DNA from: a bacterium
Lineage (GTDB): Bacteria; CLD3; SB21
Assembly (NCBI GenBank): GCA_013360215.1
Contig: JABWCP010000004.1
Coordinates: forward strand, 1-64,000
DNA: 64,000 nt
Reading direction: 5' to 3'
Program-made: the position numbers and the translations under genes
The notes under the pieces: model-generated
Seen by the model: the letters and a program-made list of their open reading frames with translations, nothing else
What the model was told of the DNA's origin: nothing
Database searches by the model: none
Shown here: piece after piece, positions 19,227 to 28,636 of the stretch
Numbering within the stretch: position 1 is the stretch's first letter
Layout: each line of letters starts with the position of its first letter

Positions 19227-20095
19227 AATCAATTTTATTCTTCAGTATTACAGCTGCCGCGGTTGTTTTTATGTTTCTATTATTAAAGGTTCCTCACAGT
19301 ATGATGAATCCCGGCGAACTTACGGAAGCCCATGCCAAACAAGAACACGAATGTTTTTCATGCCATATCCCGTTTCGCGGGGTTTCAGCCGACAAATGTA
19401 TGAGTTGTCATCGCCTTGACCATATCGGTGTGGATTCGCTCAGCTCCGTTTCCTCCATTCTCAAAAAAACCGCTTTCCATGATAAGCTTCAAAAAAATCA
19501 ATGCATTGATTGTCATACCGACCATCAGGGGCGTACTTCTACCAAACCGCGATTTGATCATGCCTTGCTGACGTCCGAAATGGTCGGACAATGCCGAACC
19601 TGCCATGCTTCACCAAATTCACCCATGCACTTGGATTCCACACGAGCTTGTTCCCAATGTCATGTCACGACGCTCTGGAGTCAGGTACACTTTGCACATG
19701 AAAAATTGAACGGAACAACACGAGAAGCTTGTACACCATGCCACTTAAAACCGAACACCTCGCTGCATCAATCTTTTTCGAATGATTGCGGGACGTGCCA
19801 CACCGTCAATGCGTGGACTCCGGCCACATTTGCTCATGAATCGTATTTTAGATTGGACGGCGATCACCAAAGCCCCTGCGTAATATGCCATGTGCAAGAT
19901 AATTTCCAGACCTATACCTGCTATGGTTGTCATGAGCACTCAAAAGAAAAGATTGCTCGCGAGCATCAGAAGGAAGGTATTCGTGATTTTCAGAAATGCG
20001 TTCAATGTCATCGCAGCGCCAATAAACATGACATAGAGAATAAGTCCTCTAACGACAAAAACGCACGTGGAGAGAAAGATCATGATGATGATTAG
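19223..20095 (+). CDS. Membrane-anchored decaheme cytochrome c
   Basis: 10 CxxCH motifs counted; N-terminal hydrophobic helix; start set at the ATGA overlap (MKSILFF). Confidence 0.9.
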   Translation: MKSILFFSITAAAVVFMFLLLKVPHSMMNPGELTEAHAKQEHECFSCHIPFRGVSADKCMSCHRLDHIGVDSLSSVSSILKKTAFHDKLQKNQCIDCHTDHQGRTSTKPRFDHALLTSEMVGQCRTCHASPNSPMHLDSTRACSQCHVTTLWSQVHFAHEKLNGTTREACTPCHLKPNTSLHQSFSNDCGTCHTVNAWTPATFAHESYFRLDGDHQSPCVICHVQDNFQTYTCYGCHEHSKEKIAREHQKEGIRDFQKCVQCHRSANKHDIENKSSNDKNARGEKDHDDD

Positions 20096-20145
20096 TGCAA
20101 ATAAGTTTTCGGCTCGACCCGATCAAAAATAAAATCGAATATCAG

Positions 20146-20730
20146 ATGATACATCATTCAAAACAACTTTGGGTCCTTATCGCCGGACTGGGGTTACTGG
20201 GTATAGCGCTATGGCAAACCAACGAAGCGTCAGACACCATACCGCCTGGAGTATCGCCATCTGCATCATCATTCTCGTGGCAAAATACTCCTCAAAACTC
20301 ACAGGTGAATGTAGAATTCACAAACGACGTTCAAGAACTCAACCGCTACTTGAATCGTCATCCTGACGATACCGAACATTGGATTCAGTTGGGTAATTTA
20401 CTGTTTGATAACGGTAATTTTGCAGATGCCGTAAAACCATACACGGAAGCCTTGCGTTTACAACCTGAAAACCCCGACGTCCGAACCGACCTCGGCGTGT
20501 GTTTATTTAATACCGGCATGAATGATGAAGCCATTCTGCAGTTTGAACGTGCTTTACAATATGCCCCCGACCACATCACGGCGACATTCAATCTGGGAAT
20601 AGTGCACGCGCGCATGGGGCGCACTCAGTCCGCTGTGCAATACTGGAGAAAGACAATACGCTTAGGTCCGGATACCGATATGGGAAAAAAAGCAACGCGT
20701 GCCCTGACCGATGCGGGATATAAACCATAA
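20146..20730 (+). CDS. Membrane-anchored TPR protein (CcmI/CycH-like accessory?)
   Basis: One TM, then TPR repeats (WIQLGNLLFD, VRTDLGVCL, ATFNLGIV). Start uncertain (20095 or 20146). Confidence 0.75.
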   Translation: MIHHSKQLWVLIAGLGLLGIALWQTNEASDTIPPGVSPSASSFSWQNTPQNSQVNVEFTNDVQELNRYLNRHPDDTEHWIQLGNLLFDNGNFADAVKPYTEALRLQPENPDVRTDLGVCLFNTGMNDEAILQFERALQYAPDHITATFNLGIVHARMGRTQSAVQYWRKTIRLGPDTDMGKKATRALTDAGYKP

Positions 20731-20732
20731 AC

Positions 20733-22496
20733 ATGAAACACTTTCTACATACTATATTATCGGTGATGACGGCGTGGTCGCTTCACGCACAGTTTTCTCC
20801 GGGTGATTTGGCTTCGTCGCATAAACAACTCGAAGGCATTCAGCAATGTACGCAATGCCACGACCTCGGCAAAAAAATAGACGACGCACGATGTCTTGAT
20901 TGCCATACCTTGATAAAAACCCGCATCGCAAACAATAAAGGTTTTCACGGTTCGACTGAAACCAAAAACAAAGCCTGCATCGAATGCCATCATGACCACC
21001 TCGGACGAGACTATGCGATGATCCAATGGAAACCATCCCGAGAGAAATTTGACCATAAACAAACCGGATATATCCTCGAAGGAAAACATCAAACGACCCA
21101 ATGTGAAGTTTGCCACAAAGAGGCCTTCATCAAAGATAATGCGGTGCGCGCACGAACCGGCGACGGGTTACTGCTCAACAAAACCTTTTTGGGTTTATCG
21201 CAAGATTGCCGTTCATGCCACTTTGACGAACACCGTGATCAGTTTGACCAATGTTTGAATTGCCACGATTTTAATGATTGGAAAAAATCTTCAGACAAAA
21301 TTTTTGACCACAACAAATCAAAATATCCGCTCACGGGATTGCACACCAAAGTATCCTGTAAAAAATGCCACACTTCTGTTGCCGACCCGCGTCAAAAAGC
21401 CGATCATAAAACAGACGAAACCTACTTCAAATACCGGCCGCTTCAGTTTGCCAATTGTACACCATGCCATGCCGATCCGCATCAAAACCGATTCGGCCAA
21501 GATTGTCAAAAATGCCATTTGACGGTTTCGTGGAAACAAATAAAAAACGCCTTATTTGATCACCGGCAAACGCGTTATCCTCTGGAAGGCCTACACATCA
21601 CAGTGCGCTGCGAAAAATGCCATCAACCGGATACAAAAAAAGCCGCCGTCTATAAAAATATGAATTTTTCTAACTGTACCGATTGCCATACTGACGCGCA
21701 TGCCGGTCAATTAACTCAGCGATCCGATCAAGGCCGTTGCGAAACCTGCCATGATGTCAACGGTTTCCGTCCGTCGCGTTTTACGATCAGCATGCATGCA
21801 ACCGAGAGTTCCTATCCGCTTATCGGCGCTCATGAAAAAACAGATTGTAATAAATGCCATATCAAAGCCAATGCGTCTGAATTTTTACGTCGAACCGGTA
21901 TCCGACCTCGCGTTGACAGCGCGCATGTCATCCTGAAATTCAAAGAAAAAACATGCCAATCGTGCCATATAGATATTCATCGCGGGCAATTTGCAGATAA
22001 ACTAAAAAGTAATGATTGCGACATCTGCCACAAAACCACAACATGGAAAGACATTGTTTTTGATCATCAAAAAAATTCTGATTTCAAATTAATAGGAAAA
22101 CACGAAAAAACACCGTGTGAAAAATGCCATCCTTTGGTAGATGTGGACACGGAGATAAAACGCACATTGTACAAACCGATACCGACATACTGCGAGCACT
22201 GCCACAACGATATTCATGAAGGTCAGTTTGCCGAATACAAAACCATGACGCCTTCGCATCCGAAAACCGATTGCGCTAAGTGCCATTCTAACGACGCTTT
22301 CAAGCCGGCAATTTTTGATCACGAAAAGCAGTCTCAGTTTCCGCTAACCGGCGCTCACATCAAAGTGGAATGCGCCAAATGCCATATTCGTGCACGGATT
22401 ACGTCGGACACACTAAATGTAGTCTACAAACCCATCAGTACCGAGTGCGCGGCATGCCATCCGGATCAACACGAAGGAGTGTTTCAACAACGATGA
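20733..22496 (+). CDS. Exported 20-heme cytochrome c built from repeated three-heme modules
   Basis: 20 CxxCH motifs counted; signal peptide ending SLHA-Q; repeated FDH..T.YPL.G.H..V.CxxCH modules. Confidence 0.92.
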   Translation: MKHFLHTILSVMTAWSLHAQFSPGDLASSHKQLEGIQQCTQCHDLGKKIDDARCLDCHTLIKTRIANNKGFHGSTETKNKACIECHHDHLGRDYAMIQWKPSREKFDHKQTGYILEGKHQTTQCEVCHKEAFIKDNAVRARTGDGLLLNKTFLGLSQDCRSCHFDEHRDQFDQCLNCHDFNDWKKSSDKIFDHNKSKYPLTGLHTKVSCKKCHTSVADPRQKADHKTDETYFKYRPLQFANCTPCHADPHQNRFGQDCQKCHLTVSWKQIKNALFDHRQTRYPLEGLHITVRCEKCHQPDTKKAAVYKNMNFSNCTDCHTDAHAGQLTQRSDQGRCETCHDVNGFRPSRFTISMHATESSYPLIGAHEKTDCNKCHIKANASEFLRRTGIRPRVDSAHVILKFKEKTCQSCHIDIHRGQFADKLKSNDCDICHKTTTWKDIVFDHQKNSDFKLIGKHEKTPCEKCHPLVDVDTEIKRTLYKPIPTYCEHCHNDIHEGQFAEYKTMTPSHPKTDCAKCHSNDAFKPAIFDHEKQSQFPLTGAHIKVECAKCHIRARITSDTLNVVYKPISTECAACHPDQHEGVFQQR

Positions 22497-23248
22497 ACCG
22501 AAGCCTTATCATCGCGGCTGCACTACTCAGTATGGCCGCCTATTTACCGCAACCGGATCCCGAGTATACGGCGTGGACTTACGCACGCCCTGCCGCGGAT
22601 ACACCGTATGTAAAAATACCGCATAAGCCGTTTGACATTCCGTGCGATGCTTGTCACACCACGACGACGTGGAAAACATTAAAATCTAAAATCGAATACG
22701 ACCACACCAAAACAGGGTTTCCGCTTGTCGGCGCCCATCTTCAGACGGCATGCAGCCAATGCCATGGCGGCGGTGTGTTTCGTTCGGCCATTCGCGAATG
22801 TTTCATATGCCATGCCGATCCGCATCAGGCACAACTTGGATTGGAGTGTGAGCGGTGCCACACGGAGTATGCGTGGGCGCCTTCGATTTTTAAACATGAG
22901 GATCAAAATTTATTCATGTTCGGCGCACACAAAGGTCTAGATTGCGCCGGCTGCCATAAAAACCTCATCACGTTTGCAATGCCCAACGTGCAGGAGTGCG
23001 GCGATTGCCATATCCCGCTCGGCGCAACCACCGATCATAATGCGTACAAATCCATCGGCGACTGCATGGCCTGCCATAACATGAACGGCTGGAGTAATTA
23101 TCCGCATGCCGACGAATGGTTTTCTTTGACCGGGCATCATCGCCGAAGCTGCGAGACATGCCACAAGCAGATACCCAACTATACGACCTATACATGCCGG
23201 GACTGTCATCGTTTTGATCATAAAGGGGAAGGGGACGATGATGATTAG
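22493..23248 (+). CDS. Exported nonaheme cytochrome c
   Basis: 9 CxxCH motifs; start at the ATGA overlap (MNRSLIIAAALL); same repeat module. Confidence 0.88.
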   Translation: MNRSLIIAAALLSMAAYLPQPDPEYTAWTYARPAADTPYVKIPHKPFDIPCDACHTTTTWKTLKSKIEYDHTKTGFPLVGAHLQTACSQCHGGGVFRSAIRECFICHADPHQAQLGLECERCHTEYAWAPSIFKHEDQNLFMFGAHKGLDCAGCHKNLITFAMPNVQECGDCHIPLGATTDHNAYKSIGDCMACHNMNGWSNYPHADEWFSLTGHHRRSCETCHKQIPNYTTYTCRDCHRFDHKGEGDDDD

Positions 23249-24539
23249 ATTTTTAAACCGAGTCATCGTTATCATATTAATCGCGTACCTATTTGTAAAA
23301 GACGGCCGTTCGCAATCTCTCACAGGCAACAAAAAGCCTTTTATTGCACGATTTTCTTCCGGATGGAATTATTATTCCCGCGGCGCTTCGCTCAATCCGC
23401 AGCTAAGCGAGTTTACACAGTATGCGATGCTCAATTATCGCACGCTCGATGACAGTAATAGAATTATCTGGCAAATACGTACCGATATTTACCAAAAAGA
23501 CGCCGTAACACAAACTCGTCTGCGAAATCAAAACGAGCCGTTTGATCACCGAACGGTAATTCGTCAAGCCTACGGATCTTATACACTACACGATGGCGAA
23601 GTCAAACTGGGGCGCTTCGTCCCGCTCGGCACCCATACCGACGCTTATCCCATCAATGGTCTCGGCGCCGAAAATACACGTATCACCTCGCGGTGGAGAG
23701 GCTCTGTTTATGGCGGGAAAATTTTTGATGAATACGACAATCGCCCTGAAGGCATCGGCTATAGTACGGGCGGAAGTCTGACGTATGACCAAACCCGGTG
23801 GCAAGCCGGAGCCGGATTGAGCGCTGAACAACTGCGCAATACCCGTCTTACCAAAGCTTATCTTTTCGGTGAATACCGACCTTCCTACACATGGCGCATC
23901 GTATCTAACAATCAATACGTAGTGAACAAAGCGCTGCTCGGCTATTCGCAAAACACCTTGTATTATCGTTTAAACAAAAATCTAAGCACCCGTTTTTTTG
24001 CGGAATACCATGACCGGCGCGCCTACTTTCCTGCGCCAACCGACAGCCTTAGTATGGATCGTTTTTTTAAAACATCGCAGGAATTGATGATCGGCGGTTC
24101 CGTGCGTTACCGGATATTCCAATGGCGCAAAATCGGAATGTTAGAAACAATACCGTCGGTAAAAAAACGACTTGGCCATGACGACCTGACCTACGCGGCG
24201 CTTCAGCTTTTTTATCAAAATTATTTTTTCTGGCGATTCAACCTGAATACCGGATTCAGCTATACGGATAATCAGTGGATTCGCAATTATCGTACCCATA
24301 TTTCGCTTAATCGGGATTTTTTTGCTTCACGTTTGGACGCTTCATTTTCTCTCATCGCTAATACCTATACGTGGAACTCAGCTTCCTCACGCGCCAAACT
24401 TTTGACTACCGTTTCGGCCGACGTCACGTATCGATTTGACGCATCGTGGTATATGTCCGCAGGAATTTATGAAGAAATAGGTAGCGCCACCGATCCCCAT
24501 TCCGGTGTTAATATCCGCATGTTTTATTATCTGCATTGA
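23238..24539 (+). CDS. Predicted outer-membrane beta-barrel (porin-like) protein
   Basis: Signal peptide; alternating hydrophobic/polar strands rich in Tyr/Trp/Phe; C-terminal GVNIRMFYYLH resembles a beta-signal; overlaps the end of the cytochrome gene. Confidence 0.7.
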   Translation: MMIRFLNRVIVIILIAYLFVKDGRSQSLTGNKKPFIARFSSGWNYYSRGASLNPQLSEFTQYAMLNYRTLDDSNRIIWQIRTDIYQKDAVTQTRLRNQNEPFDHRTVIRQAYGSYTLHDGEVKLGRFVPLGTHTDAYPINGLGAENTRITSRWRGSVYGGKIFDEYDNRPEGIGYSTGGSLTYDQTRWQAGAGLSAEQLRNTRLTKAYLFGEYRPSYTWRIVSNNQYVVNKALLGYSQNTLYYRLNKNLSTRFFAEYHDRRAYFPAPTDSLSMDRFFKTSQELMIGGSVRYRIFQWRKIGMLETIPSVKKRLGHDDLTYAALQLFYQNYFFWRFNLNTGFSYTDNQWIRNYRTHISLNRDFFASRLDASFSLIANTYTWNSASSRAKLLTTVSADVTYRFDASWYMSAGIYEEIGSATDPHSGVNIRMFYYLH

Positions 24540-24625
24540 CCCCGTACTTTATAGCATTTTGCTAATACAGCGATAGTTTGGACGTAATAAACGATTTGTA
24601 TTTTTTTCGAAAAGACAAATCTCCT

Positions 24626-25627
24626 ATGGCTGTTGCCGACTTAAACAGGAAAACTATACTCCAAGGCGATATCGCACAATCCGGCATGACGAGCATACTT
24701 TCGCTCATCAAGTTATCGCAAAAATCCGGCACGCTACGTCTCAGGGACGGCGAAAAAAACGCCTCGATCCGGATCGAAAAAAACTATTTCATCGAAGCCT
24801 CCGCACCGGAAGAAATCCTGCTAGGGGAATTTCTTGTGCGCGAAGGTTATCTGACCGAACAAGATTTAGCTAAAACCCTGCCGTTACAAAAGCGCATGCA
24901 CATCCCGTTGGGCCAATTGCTCCAAGGTATGGGATATTTTGGATTGGACGCAAATGCGTTGACCCGGATACTCAATCGGTATTTACGAGAAGTGATTTTT
25001 AGAATTATGAAATGGAATAGAGGCACATTCACTGTGGAAGAAACCGTAAAAAAAGATTTCCCTGTGCGAGAAGAAATCCCGGTGCGCCTTAACATGGATT
25101 TTGTTTTATTGGATACCACCCAACGGCTGGATGAATGGAAACGACTTGCCAGCGGTGTTACGTCGTTGCAATCGGCACTAAAAATCAACCGCCGGGCCAT
25201 CCCTGAAAATGCATCGCTTACATTAAACGCCGATCAACTCACCGTGCTATCGTATGTCAACGGGCGGCGAACGCTTGTGCGCATTCTGGAAAAAATCGGC
25301 CACAACGAAATGTTCTACCTTTCCGTAATAGACGATCTTCTCAAACGCCGCATACTGATCGAACGCCAGGCCGAAGCGATGCGCGTTATCATACCGGGAC
25401 GCATCAAAGCTGATGCTGTAAATCGAAACCGCCAGTTTCCTGGCAAATTTGCGGCTAACCTTTTATATAAAGAAATCGACGGCAAAAAGAACCTTCTTGA
25501 GTTAGCCGATAGTCTTCATTTCGAACTCCCGGATCTATGGGAAAATATTTCCCTGCTGCTCAAAAACGAGGCCGTCGAAATCATCGAAGGCCGCCGAGAG
25601 TTTCACAATCTAAGCGAAGAGATGTAA
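24626..25627 (+). CDS. DUF4388 (PATAN-like) domain protein
   Basis: LQGDI...ILSLIKLSQKSGTLRL, LLGEFLVREGYL, IMKWNRGTF, LLD...RLDEW. Confidence 0.8.
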   Translation: MAVADLNRKTILQGDIAQSGMTSILSLIKLSQKSGTLRLRDGEKNASIRIEKNYFIEASAPEEILLGEFLVREGYLTEQDLAKTLPLQKRMHIPLGQLLQGMGYFGLDANALTRILNRYLREVIFRIMKWNRGTFTVEETVKKDFPVREEIPVRLNMDFVLLDTTQRLDEWKRLASGVTSLQSALKINRRAIPENASLTLNADQLTVLSYVNGRRTLVRILEKIGHNEMFYLSVIDDLLKRRILIERQAEAMRVIIPGRIKADAVNRNRQFPGKFAANLLYKEIDGKKNLLELADSLHFELPDLWENISLLLKNEAVEIIEGRREFHNLSEEM

Positions 25628-25679
25628 AACTAACAATACTTACTACAGAATACTTTAGTCCGGTATTATTAAATTTGTG

Positions 25680-25790
25680 TTACCAAATCATTACACTCCA
25701 GGTTTTTAATACTCTTGCCAACTTCGTGATAACATTTCGCTAATTTTTAAGCTCAAACAATAACACTTCGATAATTCTCTCCTAATACAC
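25680..25790 (+). promoter_or_regulatory. 11-bp periodic direct repeats (OmpR/PhoB-type operator candidate)
   Basis: TTAC at 25680/25691, TAA(C/T) at 25730/25741, and TAA(C/T) at 25761/25772/25783. Confidence 0.55.
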
Positions 25791-25850
25791 TTCCTTTATC
25801 TTTCGGCGATTTCGAAAAGCATTTAACCTAACCATCGTTAAGGAAGTCGT

Positions 25851-28532
25851 ATGAAAAACCGTTTACCGCGTTTTCCTCTTTATCTTGCCGCTGTTTTATT
25901 TTTTGTCATTCCGACATTTTTGCAGGCGCAAGTGGTCGGCAAAATCACCGGAACTATCGTTGACGCATCCAATGGTGATCCGCTGATTGGCGCAAACGTA
26001 TTTGTGCTTGGCACAAAACTGGGCGGCATCACCGATCTCGACGGTAATTTTATCATCGGTAAAATTCCCGTCGGTACATACAGTATTGAAATTTCATGCC
26101 TCTCCTACAAAAAGAAAACTGTCCATAATCTTACCGTCAATGACGGCCTTGCTTCTACGCTCAAAATTTCGCTGGAACCGGAGGCATTGGAAGGAGAAGA
26201 AGTTGTCGTCGAAGCCGAAGTGCTCAAAACTCAGGAATCGGGTCTTTTGCTGGCACAGAAAAAATCTTCCAAAGTGATGGACGGCGTCAGTTCCGAACAA
26301 ATCGCCAAAACGTCGGACGGCAATGCCGGTGCGGCGCTCAAACGTGTTACCGGCGTGACGATCGTCGGCGATAAAGACGTCTATGTTCGCGGCCTCGGAA
26401 ACCGCTATAGCAATGTCCAGCTCAATGGCTCCGTACTGCCGTCCACCAATCCCAATCAGAAAGAAACACCCCTTAATATTTTTTCATCCAACGTGATAGA
26501 CAATATCATCGTTCAAAAAACCTACACGCCGGATCAACCGGGCGAATTTTCCGGCGGTTCGGTGCAAATCGAAACCAAAGACTTTCCGGAATCCCGTACG
26601 ATCAAAATCGGCGTATCCAGCATGTTCAACAGCAATAGCCTCGGCAATGACTATCTGAACTACAACGGCGGTGGATCGGATTTTCTGGGATTTGATGACG
26701 GCACGCGAAAACTCCCTACGGCCGCAAAACAAGGTCGTATCGGTACATCCCAAGGTGTTACGGCCATCCGCCAGTTTCAAAATTCCTGGTCACCGCGTTC
26801 TTCACGTGTCGCGCCGGGTCAAAGCTACAGTATATCGTATGGCGATCAAGTGGCCGTCGGATCGCGCGCACTCGGATTTATCGCCGCGATCAACTACAGC
26901 TATCAAAATCAGGTGCGCAACGAAGTACTGCGCAATCTTCAGCAAGCGCAATCCCTCGCTTCCGACTATGATGCCTCCCGAGGCATGACCAGCACTCTGC
27001 TCAGCGGTATGCTCAATGTATCCTACAAAATAAATCCGACATCCAAAGTCAGCCTGCGCAATCTGTACACCAACGTGTCCGATAATACAGCAAGCCGTGT
27101 CGAAGGATATTACTACAATTCAGGCGGTGATTACCGGCAAACCCAATTACGCTTTTCACAACGATCCATCTTCGCTTCCAATCTCCAATACGATACCTAC
27201 ATCAAAGAATGGATGGATTCCAAAATCCTGATCGAAGCGACCATGGCCGCCGCCAATGCTTACGAACCCGATACGCGCAATACGCACTACGCATATAATA
27301 GCACACTCAATCAATACGAGATCGTATTGGATCAACGCACCAATACCCACTTCTTCTCCGACCAAAAAGACCGCGACTATAATGTCAAACTCAATTGGGA
27401 TTTGAAACTTCTGCCGACATTACGACTAAAAACCGGCGGTTTGTTCTACGATAAGCAGCGTGATTTCGAAGCCCGCCGATTTGCTATAGCCGGCGATCCG
27501 CAGTCCGTATATCCCGCTGAACTCAAAACGACCAACCCGGAAGAAGCATTGAATCCGGATTTGTTTTCCAACGGCGGGTTAATTTTCTTTGAAACAACGC
27601 GTAACACGGACTCTTATAAAGGCGATCAAAATATCTTTGCCGGTTATCTCTCGGCAGACCTCACGCTCGGAAACCGTTGGAATCTTATCGCCGGTGCCCG
27701 TGCCGAACATTCCATTCAGCGCATTGATAAAAACGAAGTGCTCAACACGGCGGACATTCTTCCCGCGATAAACTTGACTTTCAAAGTAAGTGATCGTGCC
27801 AACCTCCGCGCCGCTTTCTCGACTACGCTCGCCCGTCCGGAGTTTCGCGAACTATCCAACTTCTTCTATTCGGACTTTGTCGGAGCGCGTACCGTGTACG
27901 GTAATCCCGATTTGAAACGAACCAAAATCCAGAACTACGATCTGCGGTGGGAAACGTATCCTGGAATCGGCGAATATTTTGCAGTGAGCGGTTTTTATAA
28001 ACACTTTACGAATCCGATCGAAATTTTTCACCGCCTCAGCACCAATCCGGAAGTGTATTACGGTAATATCGCTGAAGCCGATCTGTGGGGCATAGAGCTC
28101 GAAGCACGTAAAGCACTGACCGAAGCGTTACGCGTAACCGCCAACCTCGCTCTAATGACGTCTTCTGTCAATTACGGGAAAGCTGTTTTTTCGCAAGCCA
28201 ACCGCAACCGCCCTATGTATGGCCAGTCCCCGTATACGATAAACCTCAATGGTTTTTATGTACTCCGTTCAGCGACAGAGTTCAGCCTGGCCTATAACCG
28301 GTTCGGCAAACGCCTGAGTTCCGTAGGCAATGTTAGTCAGGGCGAAGATGAATACGAAATGCCGTTTGATAAATTGGATTTCACGGCCACCCAAAAATTT
28401 GGAAAATGGACTTATAAACTGTCTATGCAAAACTTACTCAACGACCGTGTCATCAATCGTCAGGGCGATACCATTACACGCAAGTACGCACCCGGCATCA
28501 CCTATAGCGTAGGCGCATCTTACGACTTTTGA
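25851..28532 (+). CDS. TonB-dependent receptor with N-terminal CarboxypepD_reg-like domain
   Basis: GKITGTIVDASNGDPLIGANV, plug motif VYVRGLGNRYS, GNPDLK, C-terminal YSVGASYDF. Confidence 0.95.
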   Translation: MKNRLPRFPLYLAAVLFFVIPTFLQAQVVGKITGTIVDASNGDPLIGANVFVLGTKLGGITDLDGNFIIGKIPVGTYSIEISCLSYKKKTVHNLTVNDGLASTLKISLEPEALEGEEVVVEAEVLKTQESGLLLAQKKSSKVMDGVSSEQIAKTSDGNAGAALKRVTGVTIVGDKDVYVRGLGNRYSNVQLNGSVLPSTNPNQKETPLNIFSSNVIDNIIVQKTYTPDQPGEFSGGSVQIETKDFPESRTIKIGVSSMFNSNSLGNDYLNYNGGGSDFLGFDDGTRKLPTAAKQGRIGTSQGVTAIRQFQNSWSPRSSRVAPGQSYSISYGDQVAVGSRALGFIAAINYSYQNQVRNEVLRNLQQAQSLASDYDASRGMTSTLLSGMLNVSYKINPTSKVSLRNLYTNVSDNTASRVEGYYYNSGGDYRQTQLRFSQRSIFASNLQYDTYIKEWMDSKILIEATMAAANAYEPDTRNTHYAYNSTLNQYEIVLDQRTNTHFFSDQKDRDYNVKLNWDLKLLPTLRLKTGGLFYDKQRDFEARRFAIAGDPQSVYPAELKTTNPEEALNPDLFSNGGLIFFETTRNTDSYKGDQNIFAGYLSADLTLGNRWNLIAGARAEHSIQRIDKNEVLNTADILPAINLTFKVSDRANLRAAFSTTLARPEFRELSNFFYSDFVGARTVYGNPDLKRTKIQNYDLRWETYPGIGEYFAVSGFYKHFTNPIEIFHRLSTNPEVYYGNIAEADLWGIELEARKALTEALRVTANLALMTSSVNYGKAVFSQANRNRPMYGQSPYTINLNGFYVLRSATEFSLAYNRFGKRLSSVGNVSQGEDEYEMPFDKLDFTATQKFGKWTYKLSMQNLLNDRVINRQGDTITRKYAPGITYSVGASYDF

Positions 28533-28550
28533 TCGCTTATGATGCAAAGG

Positions 28551-28583
28551 TAATATTCGCATAATTCCGACATAACATGCTCA
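28551..28583 (+). promoter_or_regulatory. 11-bp periodic direct repeats upstream of the lipoprotein gene
   Basis: taatattcgca / taattccgaca / taacatgctca starting at 28551, 28562 and 28573. Confidence 0.55.
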
Positions 28584-28636
28584 TTTTAGATTGTGCTATA
28601 CCAAAATAACTACATAACAAGCGTAAGGAGTTTTTC

